Assembly (NCBI RefSeq): GCF_000143415.4
Contig: NW_003314287.1
Location: forward strand, 1,909,896 to 1,973,895
Direction of reading: 5' to 3'
Source of the DNA: Selaginella moellendorffii
Taxonomy: Eukaryota > Plantae > Lycopodiophyta
DNA length: 64,000 nucleotides
Positions within the stretch are counted from its first letter, which is position 1, and each line of letters begins with the position of its first letter. The translations under genes and the position numbers were made by a program. Positions 1 to 11,532 of this stretch are shown one piece after another. The notes below the pieces were generated by a model. It searched no databases, was not told where the DNA came from, and saw only the letters and a list, made by a program, of their open reading frames with translations.

Positions 1-471
1 AATCTTCACCCCGATCGCCACCAAGCAGCCCGACTCCACCCACAGATCCAAAACCTCCCTTAAAACTTCTAGTGGCTCGTTCTTGTAGGCCACCTCCAAC
101 ACCGCCCGCGCTGGCTGCGCAAGCGACGACCCGGAGAAGAAGCAAGCGTCCGGCTCCTTGTTGCCGGTGATGGTCCGGAGGCGAGACGCTCCAGCGCCCG
201 TGATCACTTTTGTAAGAGAGGCTAGCCCAATGCCCGGGATCTGGATGATGTGAAAGATGATGGAACGCTCTAGCGCAGATGACACGGTGGTGTGGACTAT
301 TGACGGATCCCCATAGGCCAAAACCTCACCCCTCCTGTACTCTAGCCTCCAACTCGAGTCACAGGCGTCGTACACACCCCATGGGACGTTTGTGGCCACG
401 ACAAATGGCCCCGGCTGCCCTCTGCTGTAGGCGTCAACCGCTTGCTTCAATCCGGCTTCCAAAGCGTCCAT
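1..471 (-). CDS. Uma2-like (DUF820 / PD-(D/E)xK restriction-endonuclease fold) protein, 5' part; ORF runs off the left edge
   Basis: ATG at 471, 157 codons in frame to base 1 with no stop: MDALEAG...WRLEYRRGEVLAYGDPSIVHTTV...GNKEPDACFF...RAVLEVAYKNEPLEVLREVLDLWVESGCLVAIGVKI. Matches Uma2-type motifs (E-x-x-x-G...P...H; PD; hhEV). Not in the ORF track because the stop lies outside the window. Confidence 0.7.
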   Translation of the reverse strand, partial: MDALEAGLKQAVDAYSRGQPGPFVVATNVPWGVYDACDSSWRLEYRRGEVLAYGDPSIVHTTVSSALERSIIFHIIQIPGIGLASLTKVITGAGASRLRTITGNKEPDACFFSGSSLAQPARAVLEVAYKNEPLEVLREVLDLWVESGCLVAIGVKI

Positions 472-1249
472 GAAATTGCTTGCCCTAAAACTCCCTAAAT
501 ATCCAGTAAGATCTCATGTCCTTTTTCTCCTCACTGCAAGATTGATCAAAAGTAAGTTTCATCATGGGTAAAAATGTGGATCCGGTTAACTGGTGCTGAT
601 CATCACGCGCTGAACAGATCTGCGGACAGGTTATCCAAATGGTTGGGATGGAACAAGGTTCACAGGCGTTCATAAGGGGTGGGACATCAACTTGATGGGC
701 AAAAAAGAGCCGCATGCTTGCTACTGGAACGGTAGCGCTTCTGGGAACGACCTCGGGCCATCATAAAAACCACATGTAGTGAGTCTATGAGCAAGCTCTC
801 TAAAGACTTGCTTCTCTGGCACGTCACTGATACAAACAAAAGCGGGACATGCTGTTCATGTGGAGGTCACTTGAAGCATGAGATTACATAACCAAGTCTT
901 GTCAAAGTTCCACACATTCCTTCTCTAGGGACTTGCTGGAGGACTCAGAGTTTTATATTAGACCTCTTTGAACTTGCATCCAGAAGTAGAGACTTGAGGT
1001 CTACACAGCTGCTGATCAAGCTTACAGAAGAGATGTTGTTATGCTGCTACCCGGATTGTGACATTGTAGTTTCATGTTAGAGTTAGCTACTAGTACCCTT
1101 GGTATTGCTATTGAGATTGCAACAAGAATCAAAGCTAATCAATCATGTTGCTAGATTTAGCCTCAAAAGGATGTTCAAGGCTTTGGAAGAAAGAAAAGAG
1201 AGAGAAAGACAAGAATTTCAATATATGTAAAGGTGGTTCTTTATTTGGA

Positions 1250-1635
1250 GTTGTAGTTTAACATTAGAAAGGCATTGTCAATTGCCGTGATAATTAGTTA
1301 CAAAAACATTAGTTGACCTTTACTCCTCATCTAATAGCCCATGAGCAAGGTGCACCTTTAATGAAGATTGAAGTCAACATTTGACAAATGATTTTTTCTG
1401 TTTTTTCTTTGATCTCATCATTATTATTTATTTTCTCTCAGAAATGAGAATAAATAATAATGATGAGATCAAAGAAAAAACAGAAGAAATCATTTGTCAA
1501 ATGTTTGCTGTGACAATTAATTACAAAAACATTAGTTGACCTTTACTCCTCATCTAATAGCCCTAATTTTGCAGAACCAGTAATGAAGATTGGAGTCACC
1601 CATTGACAATGCTTTACTAATATTGAACCACAACA
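1250..1635. mobile_element. MITE/foldback-like element: ~35-bp outer TIRs, internal ~90-bp direct repeats, central ~130-bp palindrome (1376-1505)
   Basis: GTTGTAGTTTAACATTAGAAAGGCATTGTCAAT... / ...ATTGACAATGCTTTACTAATATTGAACCACAAC; arms AACATTTGACAAATGA...TCTC / GAGA...TCATTTGTCAAATGTT. Paralog at 28197-29378. Confidence 0.6.
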
Positions 1636-3484
1636 TTTATAATATTTTTGCAACAATTAGCATCTATGAGTGCATGGAATATGGAAAGGGAATATAGAAA
1701 ATGTGCATATCAATTAACCCAAAAACCCTAGCTTATATATAAGAGTGAGTGGTTCAGATTAAAACCAATTCGATGGCTACCAAAATCCCATTACACTAAT
1801 ATTAGTATACGGCATCATAACTGTACACTTGGACCTCACATCATCCCCTCTTCTTAGGATAATGGAAGACCATTAGGGTTTTTTTGTAGATGGGCTGGGA
1901 TTTGGAAGAACATCAGGAGGAAGCATTGGTGGATCTGTAGGTGGTATTAGTTGTTTCTGAACCCTTTATATAAAGTGTTTCAATTGTTGCACATGCACAA
2001 TTTTTGGAGGATCGGCCTGCTGAATGTCATGTCGAACCTCATAAACTTGTGATTTAACTTGCCATAACACCTGATATGGTCCTTTCCACTGAGCAAAAAG
2101 CCCCTTAGGTAAACCATGTACCGTAAGATGGGGAAAATGGATTAACATCATAACCACTTTGTACTCTGCAGGTGGACGATGATGGGAGTTGTAGCACTGT
2201 TGTTGTTCCACTTGTATGCGGCATAAGTGTTTGACAAACTCTACTTGGACCAGTGGAAGAATGCTTGCTAAATACTGATCCCATGACCTAGCATCAGTAG
2301 TTTGTGACAATCATGAAAGTAAACCCAGCTCTATTGGTATTATTGGATTATGACCATATAAGAGTTTATATGGTGTAACATTAACAAAACTCTACACCTT
2401 TGTAACATATGCATACCAAAAAGACGGCAAATAACTATCCCAATTAGAATACTAAAAGTTTATATACTTCGCAATCATTCTTTTGAATGTCCAAATAAGT
2501 CATTCCACTAAACCATATGACTGTGGATGTTAAGCACTTGTGAAAGTGTGGCGTATCCCCAATCGAAATGTCAAAACATGAAATGCCTTAGCCATAAATG
2601 CAGGACCATTATCCGAAAGAATCCGCTCTAGACAAGAATGCTGAAACATCACTTGATTGAGGAAGTATCCAATAGTAGTTGTAGAGGCACTAGCAAGAGC
2701 ACCAACTTCCACCCAACAAGTCAAATAGTCAGAAGTAATAATAACATATTCATTGCCAACAGTTGATCGTGGAAAAGGTCCCATAGGATCAAACGCCACC
2801 AACTCAAATGGACGGGAAACTGCAATTGACGTCAAATGTCCTTCCATGGCACAAGGGGAGTATTACGAGCTTGGCATCAAACGCAGCTATGCACATACCA
2901 GATAACATCATGTTATATCTCTGGCTAATAGAAAGACTTGTGCAGCTTCTCGGTCACATGACAATGTCCCATATACCCACCTAGAATAGGAGAATCATGG
3001 TAGGCATGGAAAAACCATGGAATAAAGATGAAAGACACCACCAGTCATAAATGATCATTAGGATCCGTCCCCACAAAATAAAAAAGGTTGTCTTCAAGGT
3101 GATATTAAGAATGTAAATACCAGAATGGCAAGTCATCAGCAAGTGATGTAGAATTCTCAAACCCATCTCAAAGCCTTCAAATCCACAACTCAATCTTTTT
3201 AGCCTTGCAAACCTCATCAAGAGAAAGTAGATATTACTTTGCATCTTATGGACACTGAATGTCAAATACAACAACCATTGACAACATAGAATCCTTATTT
3301 AGAAAATCTATAGATGCTGGAATAACAAACTCGTTAGAAATATGAGAATAAAGTGAAAAAGGAAAAGGAGCTCGAAAAAGGGCATCAACGAATTCCCTGG
3401 GTGGTGAACAACATCAAAATCACATATTTAAAGTTTTAAAGCCCACCGAGCAATCAACTAAGTTTTTCCGTTTCAATAATAAGT

Positions 3485-6400
3485 TGTCAAGAATCCCCCA
3501 ATTCTTGCCACATTCCTGACTCTCTCCTGATTCCTAACCTGTAGACCACATTCCTGATTCTCGAGACACTTCGCTATTCCTAACTCTCTGATTTCCCGTA
3601 CGATTCCTGAGTCTCGAGCCACATTCCTAATGATGATGTGGCACCTCCTCGACCTCAGCTATATTTAGGCCACTTTTTCATTCCCACTAGTTTTTCTTTT
3701 TGTCTTATGCATTTTCTAGTCTTGATCTTGACAATTTGATTCAGATTGTGTTTTTTTCGTTTTTTGCTTTAGCTCATTTTGATTGTTTGATTGCCTTTGC
3801 CTTTTTTCCCCCTTTTTCTTTCTTCTTTGCCGATGGAGTCTCCAAGCCATCCTAATTTCTTTGCCGAAGTCCTTGCAAAAATCTAGTCTAAGAATATTGA
3901 GCTGAAGGCAACCCTTCTTTGCATGCAGCAGGAGCTTGCTTCACTTTCAGCTCAAGGATCCAGCAAAGTTCCTGAACTGAAGGTGAGTTTCCTGGCGAAA
4001 TTTTCAGGCAAGCGTTCGGAGCTTCGCGGATTCCTGAACTAGATGGAGCTGATCTTCGCACTTCAACATCGGTAGTACCCTACTCCCGAGTCTCAAATCG
4101 GTGCGATTGGGATGTTGCTCGAAGGTGCAGCTTTGTCATGGTTTTCTCCTCTCCTGGAGAAGAGCATGAAAGGGGTCGTGGTTCTAGAGCTGATGGATCT
4201 TCAATTGTTCAAAGAGAAGTTCGAAGCATGTTTTGGTGAGATGGATTGGGTTTAGGCTGCCACCACAAAAATGAGACGTCTCTCTCAGTGGTTTTGTCCT
4301 ACCTCAATCTATGCTGTAGAGTTTCAACTCCTTGCCTTGGACACTCAGTGGGATTGATCAATTTTGTTTTAGCCTCAACAACAGTGTCAAGGATTTGTTG
4401 CTCACTATGGAGGATCCCATGGACCTGTCAGACGCTATCAACAAAGCTGTTCGATGCGACAATTGTTTCTTTGAACGTCGTCAGGAAAGTCGCCACGCCG
4501 CCATTGTCCCGTCTGTAGCGCATGTGATCATGGGATGAGATTTGGATATACTGTCACCGTGGATCCTTGGAACCTTGGGGGATAAATGGGGATAAAATAG
4601 CCACTAAGGGCTCTCTCATCAAGCAATTGCCCCTTTTCCAGTTGGCTTAAGGGGAGAGAGATAAGGTGCGCTACACCGTCCCAGACTCAAGAATCCCAGC
4701 TTGAGTCTTCGGGGCATACTCCTGAACCTACTGTTCTGGTCCCGATGGATATTTCTGGTACTCCCCGACTCATCAAAGGGAAGTTGAGTCCTGCTGAGAA
4801 GCAATGTGGAATATCTCATAATCTTTACCTCTACTGTGCTGATCCTAATCACAAAACAGCTGTGTGTCCCAAGAAGCCTCCCCGACTGCTTAAATTCACT
4901 CTACCTCAAAGTCCACCTCTATTGCAATGGGGAAATGACCTTGTCCAAATAGAGTAAGAGATGTCTGTTTGGACTCCCTAAATAAAAATCACTTTTCTTC
5001 TTTATCAAGCTCCTCACCACCTTTCATCAAAGCCACCACCAATTCCCGCAACTTCTGCATCCCATGTCTCCTTTCTTTCACTGGACAATCAGGACTCAAA
5101 GCTCTGGCATTACTGGACTTGGGTGCAACTTCCTGCATCATGGACACGGACTTTGCTGCCTGACATGACATTCCTCTTTCTCCTACCGTACGGGATATGA
5201 GGGTTGAAGGCATCGGCGGGCATTTTGTGTTTCCATCTTCTGGAGTTAGGGAAATGTTGCCCATTCGAGTACACATCGGGTCCATTGTCACCAATATCAC
5301 CTTCAATATCATCAACAGCAAGTCCTCCTTTGTGGTGCTCGGCCTTCCTTGGTTCCAACTACATCAGCCTCGGATCTGTTGGAAGGAATTACAACTTGTC
5401 TCTCCCACATCACCATCTCCTATGGCTTCCCCTATTGTTTATCGAGTCCGAATCAGGAAAAGTTCCCTAAACTCAAATCAGGGTTCTGTTTTTGACTCTA
5501 CGAAGTTTTCACCCTCTTCATTTTCCTCTCTTCCATCTTACACTGAACAGTATCTTCGTCTCATCATTCCATTTAGTCGTATGCCTCCTCCTATCTTCAC
5601 AATCACTATGAAAGAACTCCTTCATGACGAACCTATTTTCCTTTTTGCTTTACATGTTTCTCCTGTCAGTCTTCCTGAGAAGTATCATGATTTTAGGGAT
5701 GTGTTTGACAAGAAAAAAGCTAGTGTACTGCCTGTTCATTGGCCTTATAACTGTCCTATTGATTTACAGGAAGGAGTGTCACCTCCATGGGGGCCTATCT
5801 ACGGGTTATCCCCATCCGAGCTTAAGGCCCTTAAAGAATACGTGGATGAGAACCTTGCCTCGGGGTACATTCAGCATTTATAGTCCTCGGCTGGAGCGTC
5901 TATCTTCTTTGTCAAGAAGAAGGATGGGAGTTTGCGGCTAGTCATCGACTACCGAGGTTTGAACAAGGTGATTGTTCAGAACTGTTATCTGCTGCCCCTG
6001 ATCTTGGACCTGTTGGAACGCCTCGGCGGTGCCCGCTTCTTCACCAAGATCGACCTCCATGGAGCATACAACCTGATTCAGATCCGGCCTGGTGATGAAT
6101 AGAAGACTGTGTTCCAAACCTGCTATGGCCACTTCGAGTACACTGTCATGCCATTTGGCTTGACAAATGCTCTAGCAATTTTCCAACACATGGTGAACGG
6201 CGTCTTTCAGGAGTTTCTTGATCAGATGGTGATCGTCTACCTCGATGACATCCTCATCTACTCAAAAACTCAGGAGGAGCACGACGAGCATGTGCGCAAG
6301 GTGCTGGCGAAGCTGCGGGAACATGGCTTATATGCGAAGCTTGAGAAATGTTCCTTCGATCAGGAGTCTATAGAGTTCCTTGGGTACATTGTCACTCTTG

Positions 6401-7907
6401 AGGGTATCACAATGGATCCTGCCAAAGTCAAGACTATTCTTGAATGGGAGCCTCCACAATCAATGTCGGATGTTCAAGTTTTCCTTGGCTTCACCAACTT
6501 CTACCGCAAATTCATTGATCACTACTCTGACATTGTCCTTCCTCTCATGCATCTCACTCACAAGGATGTTCCCTTCTTTTGGTCTGCTGCTACCCAACAA
6601 GCCTTCGACACACTCAAGGCGGCCTTCAGTTATGCTCTCGTCTTGCTCCACGCTAATCCCTCACAACCTTTCTTCATCAAGGCTAACGCCTCCGACTTTG
6701 CCATCGGTGCTGTGCTGTCTTAACTCGAAGCGGATCAAGAATTTCATCCGGTCACTTTCCATTCTCGGAAATTCCAGCTTGCGGAGATCAATTACAAAAT
6801 CCACGATAAGGAGCTCTTTGCCATTGTGGATTCCTTTGGAAAGTGGTGTTGTTTCTTGGAGGGGGTGGGCCATCAAACAACGGTTTGGACGGATCACAAA
6901 AATCTCGAGTACTTTGCCACTTCCCAAGTTTTGAGCCGTTGTCAAGCAAGATGGGCACAATTCCTAAGTCGGTTTGACTTTGTTATCAAATACAGACTTG
7001 GAAAGCTTCAAGGCCTTTCTGATGCTCTTTCAAGGCACTCCTATCTCAGTCTCAGGCCTGATAGTCCTACCTTCGATCAATAGGATCAAGTTATCCTCGG
7101 TCTTGATCAGCTTCAAGTTATGGCAATTTCCTTGGCCCCTCAAGACTCCTCCTTGATAGATGTGATCACTAATGATCTTCAATCTGATGACCTCGCTAGT
7201 GACATTTTCCCCCATCTTTAGGCTGGACACCCAGTGACTCTCGACTACCAGCGATTTGACGAGTTCGAGTACTTAGATGGCTTGTTGTACCGTGGGGAGT
7301 AACTTTACATTCCTGAAGGTGATGCTCGAAGGTTGGTCCTGATGGCGTGCCACGATAGCCCGACTGCTAGTCACTTTGGCATTGCGAAAACCTATGAGCT
7401 AATTGCACGGGACTTTTGGTGGCCTCACATGGACGACTACATTAAAGCTTTTGTTACCTCCTGTGACACTTGCGCTTGGAATAAGGTACCTCGCCACCTT
7501 CCTTTAGGTTTGCTTCATTCCCTCCCAGTCCCTTCAGGTCCTTGGGAATCCATCTTCATGGATTTCTTGAGTGATCTTCGGAGTTCTGAAGGCTTCAATA
7601 ACATTTTAGTTGTGGTGGATCGCTTCACAAAGATGGCGCACTTCCTGCCGTGTACCAAGGAGTTTTCGGGCAAGGACATGGCAAAATTGGTATTCAGGGA
7701 AATTTTCCGACTTCATGGGATTCTTGCAAATGTGGTTTCGGATCGGGGACCTCAGTTTATCTCTCATTTCTAGCAATGGTTTTTGCAGCTGCTTGGAGTG
7801 AAGGCCAACCTCTCTTCGGCGTATCATCCTTAAACTGATAGACAGTCCGAGTGAACAATTCAGACGTTGGAACAATTCCTGAGGTGTTTCATCAACTATC
7901 ACAGACA
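3485..7907 (+). mobile_element. 3'-truncated chromovirus-type (Tcn1/Tf1-like) Ty3/gypsy element nested in the element above
   Basis: LTR 3485-3733 (TGTCAAGA...TCTTGACA); gag (KFSGKRSELRGFL...GAALSW), Zn knuckle (LYCADPNHKTAVCP), protease (LLDLGAT), RT (YLDDILIYS), RNase H (ASDFAIGAVLS), INT (HDSPTASHFG..CDTC..SDRGPQF). Several in-frame stops. Confidence 0.9.
4514..4675. mobile_element. 162-bp solo LTR of a small TRIM-like family
   Basis: TGTAGCGCA...TGCGCTACA, flanked by 5-bp TSD CCGTC (4509-4513, 4676-4680). Confidence 0.9.
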
Positions 7908-8099
7908 TGTTCCTCCCATGTCCCTTCCGAGTGGATCAAAATATCATCAATGAAGTCAATAGTCACATTTGGCATATCGCAAAGAACTTCATCCATCATC
8001 CATAAGAAAGTTGTTATAGCATTGTTCAAACCAAATGGCATCACCAAAAACTTGTATAAACTAAACGGTGTACGAAAAGTAGTCTTAGGAATATTTTCT

Positions 8100-8581
8100 T
8101 GTAGTGCATGTGATTATAGGATAAGATTTACATATGCTATCACTATGGATCCTTGGAACCTTGGAAGATAAATGGGGATAAAATAGCCATTAAGGGCTCT
8201 CTCATCAAGCAATTGCCCCTTTTCTAGTTGGCTTAAAGAGAGAAAGATAGAGTGCGTTACATGTGGCAAATGGCATAGGTTTGATTCCCATTGATTAATG
8301 GCTACTTAAAAATATAATATACCTTTGAGTAAAGTATATTTCTACCCCTAAATTTGAAATCGTATGTATTGGGCATCTATGTGTATGTCCTTTCTCTTTG
8401 TGAAGCATCCACAGATGAAGGTATCCATCGTGATCATGGGATAAGATTTGGATATACTGTCACTATAGATTCTTGGAACATTAGGGGATAAATGGGGATA
8501 AAATAGCCATTGACGGCTTTTTTATTAAGTAATTGCCCCTTTTCCAATTGGCTTAAGGGGAGAGAGATAGGGTGCACTACA
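8100..8581. mobile_element. 482-bp TRIM-like element (terminal repeats 8100-8261 and 8399-8581) inserted in RT
   Basis: Both repeats match the 4514-4675 LTR; TSD TTTCT at 8095-8099 and 8582-8586. Confidence 0.85.
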
Positions 8582-10704
8582 TTTCTTCAACCATCGGTAC
8601 TTGTCAATACCCAAAAGCAAGATTTAGCTTGGTGAACCAACAACTTCTCCCCAGAAGATCCAAGAGATCAATAATGTGAGGAAGAGGGTACACATCCGGG
8701 ATCATCACTTTGTTTAATAAACAATAGTCAATGCAGAAACAAATACTCCCATCAAGCTTCATCACAAGATCAGGTTTACATGCTTAAGGACTCCATGACT
8801 TTCGAATAACACCCTTTTCTAACATCTCTTTGACGTTTGCACGTAAAATCTTGATCTCTTTGGGTGATTGACGACAAACAAGAACCTTGATTGGACGAGC
8901 ATCCCCGGCTGGAATCGGATGATATGTGGCAATCTTGGCCCCAGATGATAGGTCAAATTTAAAGAGATCAGCATACTCCTTCATGAGCTGGTCAACTATT
9001 GCAACACAAAGATTGTCAAAGGGATTGGAAAAGGGAAGAGCATAACAAGATGGAAATATAGGAGAAAGTAGTGGGGAGACAAAAGTAATGGAAGCAGAAA
9101 TAAAAGCAAAAAGACAAAGAGAAATGAAAGTGAGAGGAATGGATAAAATATAAGGAAATATGAAATAAGGGGGAGAAGCCTCAAAATCATATTTAACATG
9201 CTTGCATTATAACCAATCCATACCAAGTATGAGGTCAAAAGCTTGACTCAGCACCACCCACAATAACTGCAACCCAATCTCAAGATTACCCACATGCACA
9301 ACTAAGTCTATCTCATCCCATACACATGTGTATGGCCATTTGCCATAAAGAATGAAAATTGGCTCCACTACGTAGACGGCAACGTGTGGTAATAGTTTGA
9401 GAAATAGAAGATAAATTCGAACCTATATCAACCAACATAGAGAGAATAAAAGGAAACCTCTTACTATAAAAACGAGCTTGGAAAGTAAATACTAGATGAA
9501 CTAATGTGAAATAAACCCCTTAATGATACTCCCGAAAGAAATATGAAAGGGTCATTGACTTATTCACGCAAGGTCCCTCCATTACTTATGCGATTCTTCA
9601 TTTCCCGGATGCATCTCGGTGTCCAGACTTTCCACTATAGCAGCACCAACAGGACGTTGTTGATGCCAAGGTCTCCACCCAGGAAATGGAGGTCGCCAAT
9701 CCGGAAAACACCGATAACGTTGATAAGTGTGACCAACTTCATCACATGCCTAACAGCGAACATCACGGCCACGACTATGTCCTCACCCTTGTCCTTGGAC
9801 TCGAGCAGCAACAGCATCAACCTCCATTGGAACAGGACCATCGCCCACAGGAAGTGGAGTCGAAGAACGTGCAGCCAAACGTGGAAGAGACAATGTCTTA
9901 TAATGTTGTGCCAAGTGAAGAACATTATTAAGGGTGGCTAGAGCAAGTGCATGCACAAGTTCAACAAGATCTTGGTAAAGTGCTGGCCACAACATTCCTA
10001 TCTTGATCCATTCAAACATATTTGGTTTCGCACGAATCAAGAGGCTTCAGAAACGAATGCCAAATTGCATCACCGACTTAGATAGCCTTTGACAAAGATG
10101 ATGTAATTGTTGGAAGGCATCATCACAATTGTCAGCATGTTCAAATGTGCATTTGAAGATGTCTGGGAAACACTCCAGTCCAAACACTCCAACACTACAG
10201 CACTATCTCTTAGAGACACATAGGAAACTCATAAAAACTTTAAGCATTATCCTAAGAATAATATGTGGCAATCACTGTGAAGTGATCGAACCAATAATAC
10301 ATATCATCCCTAAGATTTCGACGAAAGAACTCTGGCCGAACGTGAGGATTGGCACAAAGAGCAAGAGGAGCTGTACCATGTGCCATAAATACCGCCATCA
10401 ACTGAGTTTAGTTATTCAATTGCAATTGCATAGCATTAATCAATTGCACCAACTATTGCTCTAGAGTCAAAGGAGGAGGAGTGCTTTGCTATGAAAATGA
10501 ATGAAAGGAAAGAGCAAAAGAAGATAAATGAAAAAAAAAAGCTAGAAGGAAAGGGAGATTTAGACAATAAAGTTAAATCTAAACCAAAATCCTGAAAAGA
10601 TAGAACAAAAGAAAGGAAATGGAAAAAGCTAAATCTAGACGATTCAAAAGTTAGATTTAAACCAAAATCCTAAACCTAAGCACTTCTTAGGGACAATCAA
10701 AGGT

Positions 10705-10721
10705 GCCCCTCACCTCCACCA
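10705..10721 (-). promoter_or_regulatory. Primer-binding site TGGTGGAGGTGAGGGGC (tRNA-Ala-like 3' end)
   Basis: Directly adjacent to the 5' LTR; same PBS at 30212-30228. TGGTGGAG is complementary to the ...CUCCACCA end of tRNA-Ala. Confidence 0.6.
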
Positions 10722-11002
10722 ATGTGAGTGTATGGAATATAAAAAGGGAATATAGAAAATATGCATATCAATTAACCCAAAAACCCTAGTTTATATACAA
10801 GAGCAAGTGGTTTGGATTAAAACCAATTTGACAACTACTAAAATCCCACTATGCTAATATTAGTATATGGCATCGTAATTGTACACTTGGACCTCACACA
10901 TCCTTTATATAATCAATATCTTAACTATTGTAAATATAACAACAAATATTTTGCAACAATTAACATCCTTTATAATAATTTTGTTGACCATCATATCTTC
11001 TT

Positions 11003-11026
11003 TATATATATATATATATATATATA
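11003..11026. repeat. (TA)n microsatellite
   Basis: About 12 TA units. Confidence 0.9.
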
Positions 11027-11532
11027 AAAAGTGTTAACTCAAAAAGATGTCTAGATATAAATATGCTTTTGTATTTACAAAAACCAAGATGTTTTTGATA
11101 AATATTGATATGGCATATTAGGATATCCAGATATTAATATAGTGCTATAGTGCTATATACATTACACATACTTATTAAGTTGAAATTATTATTTGTATAT
11201 TGTGAACATCAGTGGTAATTTCTAATCATATTGTGAAGTAGCATAATTTCCAGCAACAAAAGTGATATGTGAAGCACCAAATGCTATTATTATTGTAATT
11301 GTTTTCTAAAATTCTACCCAATTCACCTCTTATAGTAGCTCCTTTCTTTGTACTATCTACAATATTCATAGACAAAAGAATGTTCAGTTGTTCAATCAAA
11401 ATATTTATTGTAATAATTGTTTTTGTTCCATCCTTATTTATTAGTTTTGCTTGACCATCTTACTTTTGCTTGCAAGTATGCCATTTGGAATAGCTACAAC
11501 CATACTATTAATTGCATTAAAAAGTAAATGAC

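Larger units (their letters stand above)
1665..10898 (-). mobile_element. Degenerate Ty3/gypsy LTR retrotransposon (176-bp LTRs, tRNA-Ala-type PBS, 4-bp TSD CATC) carrying nested insertions
   Basis: LTRs 1665-1840 and 10723-10898; TSD CATC at 1661-1664 and 10899-10902; empty site AATTAGCATCCTTT at ~29398 in unit B. Remnants of gag (~9640-10460), RT (~7910-8984) and INT (RPFELVAFDPMGPF...SDNGPAF; WKGPY, ~1970-3000); PPT 1841-1855. Confidence 0.92.

Noticed and set aside
1376-1505. Known miRNA precursor
   Set aside because: No mature miRNA recognised; very AT-rich and inside a TIR structure.
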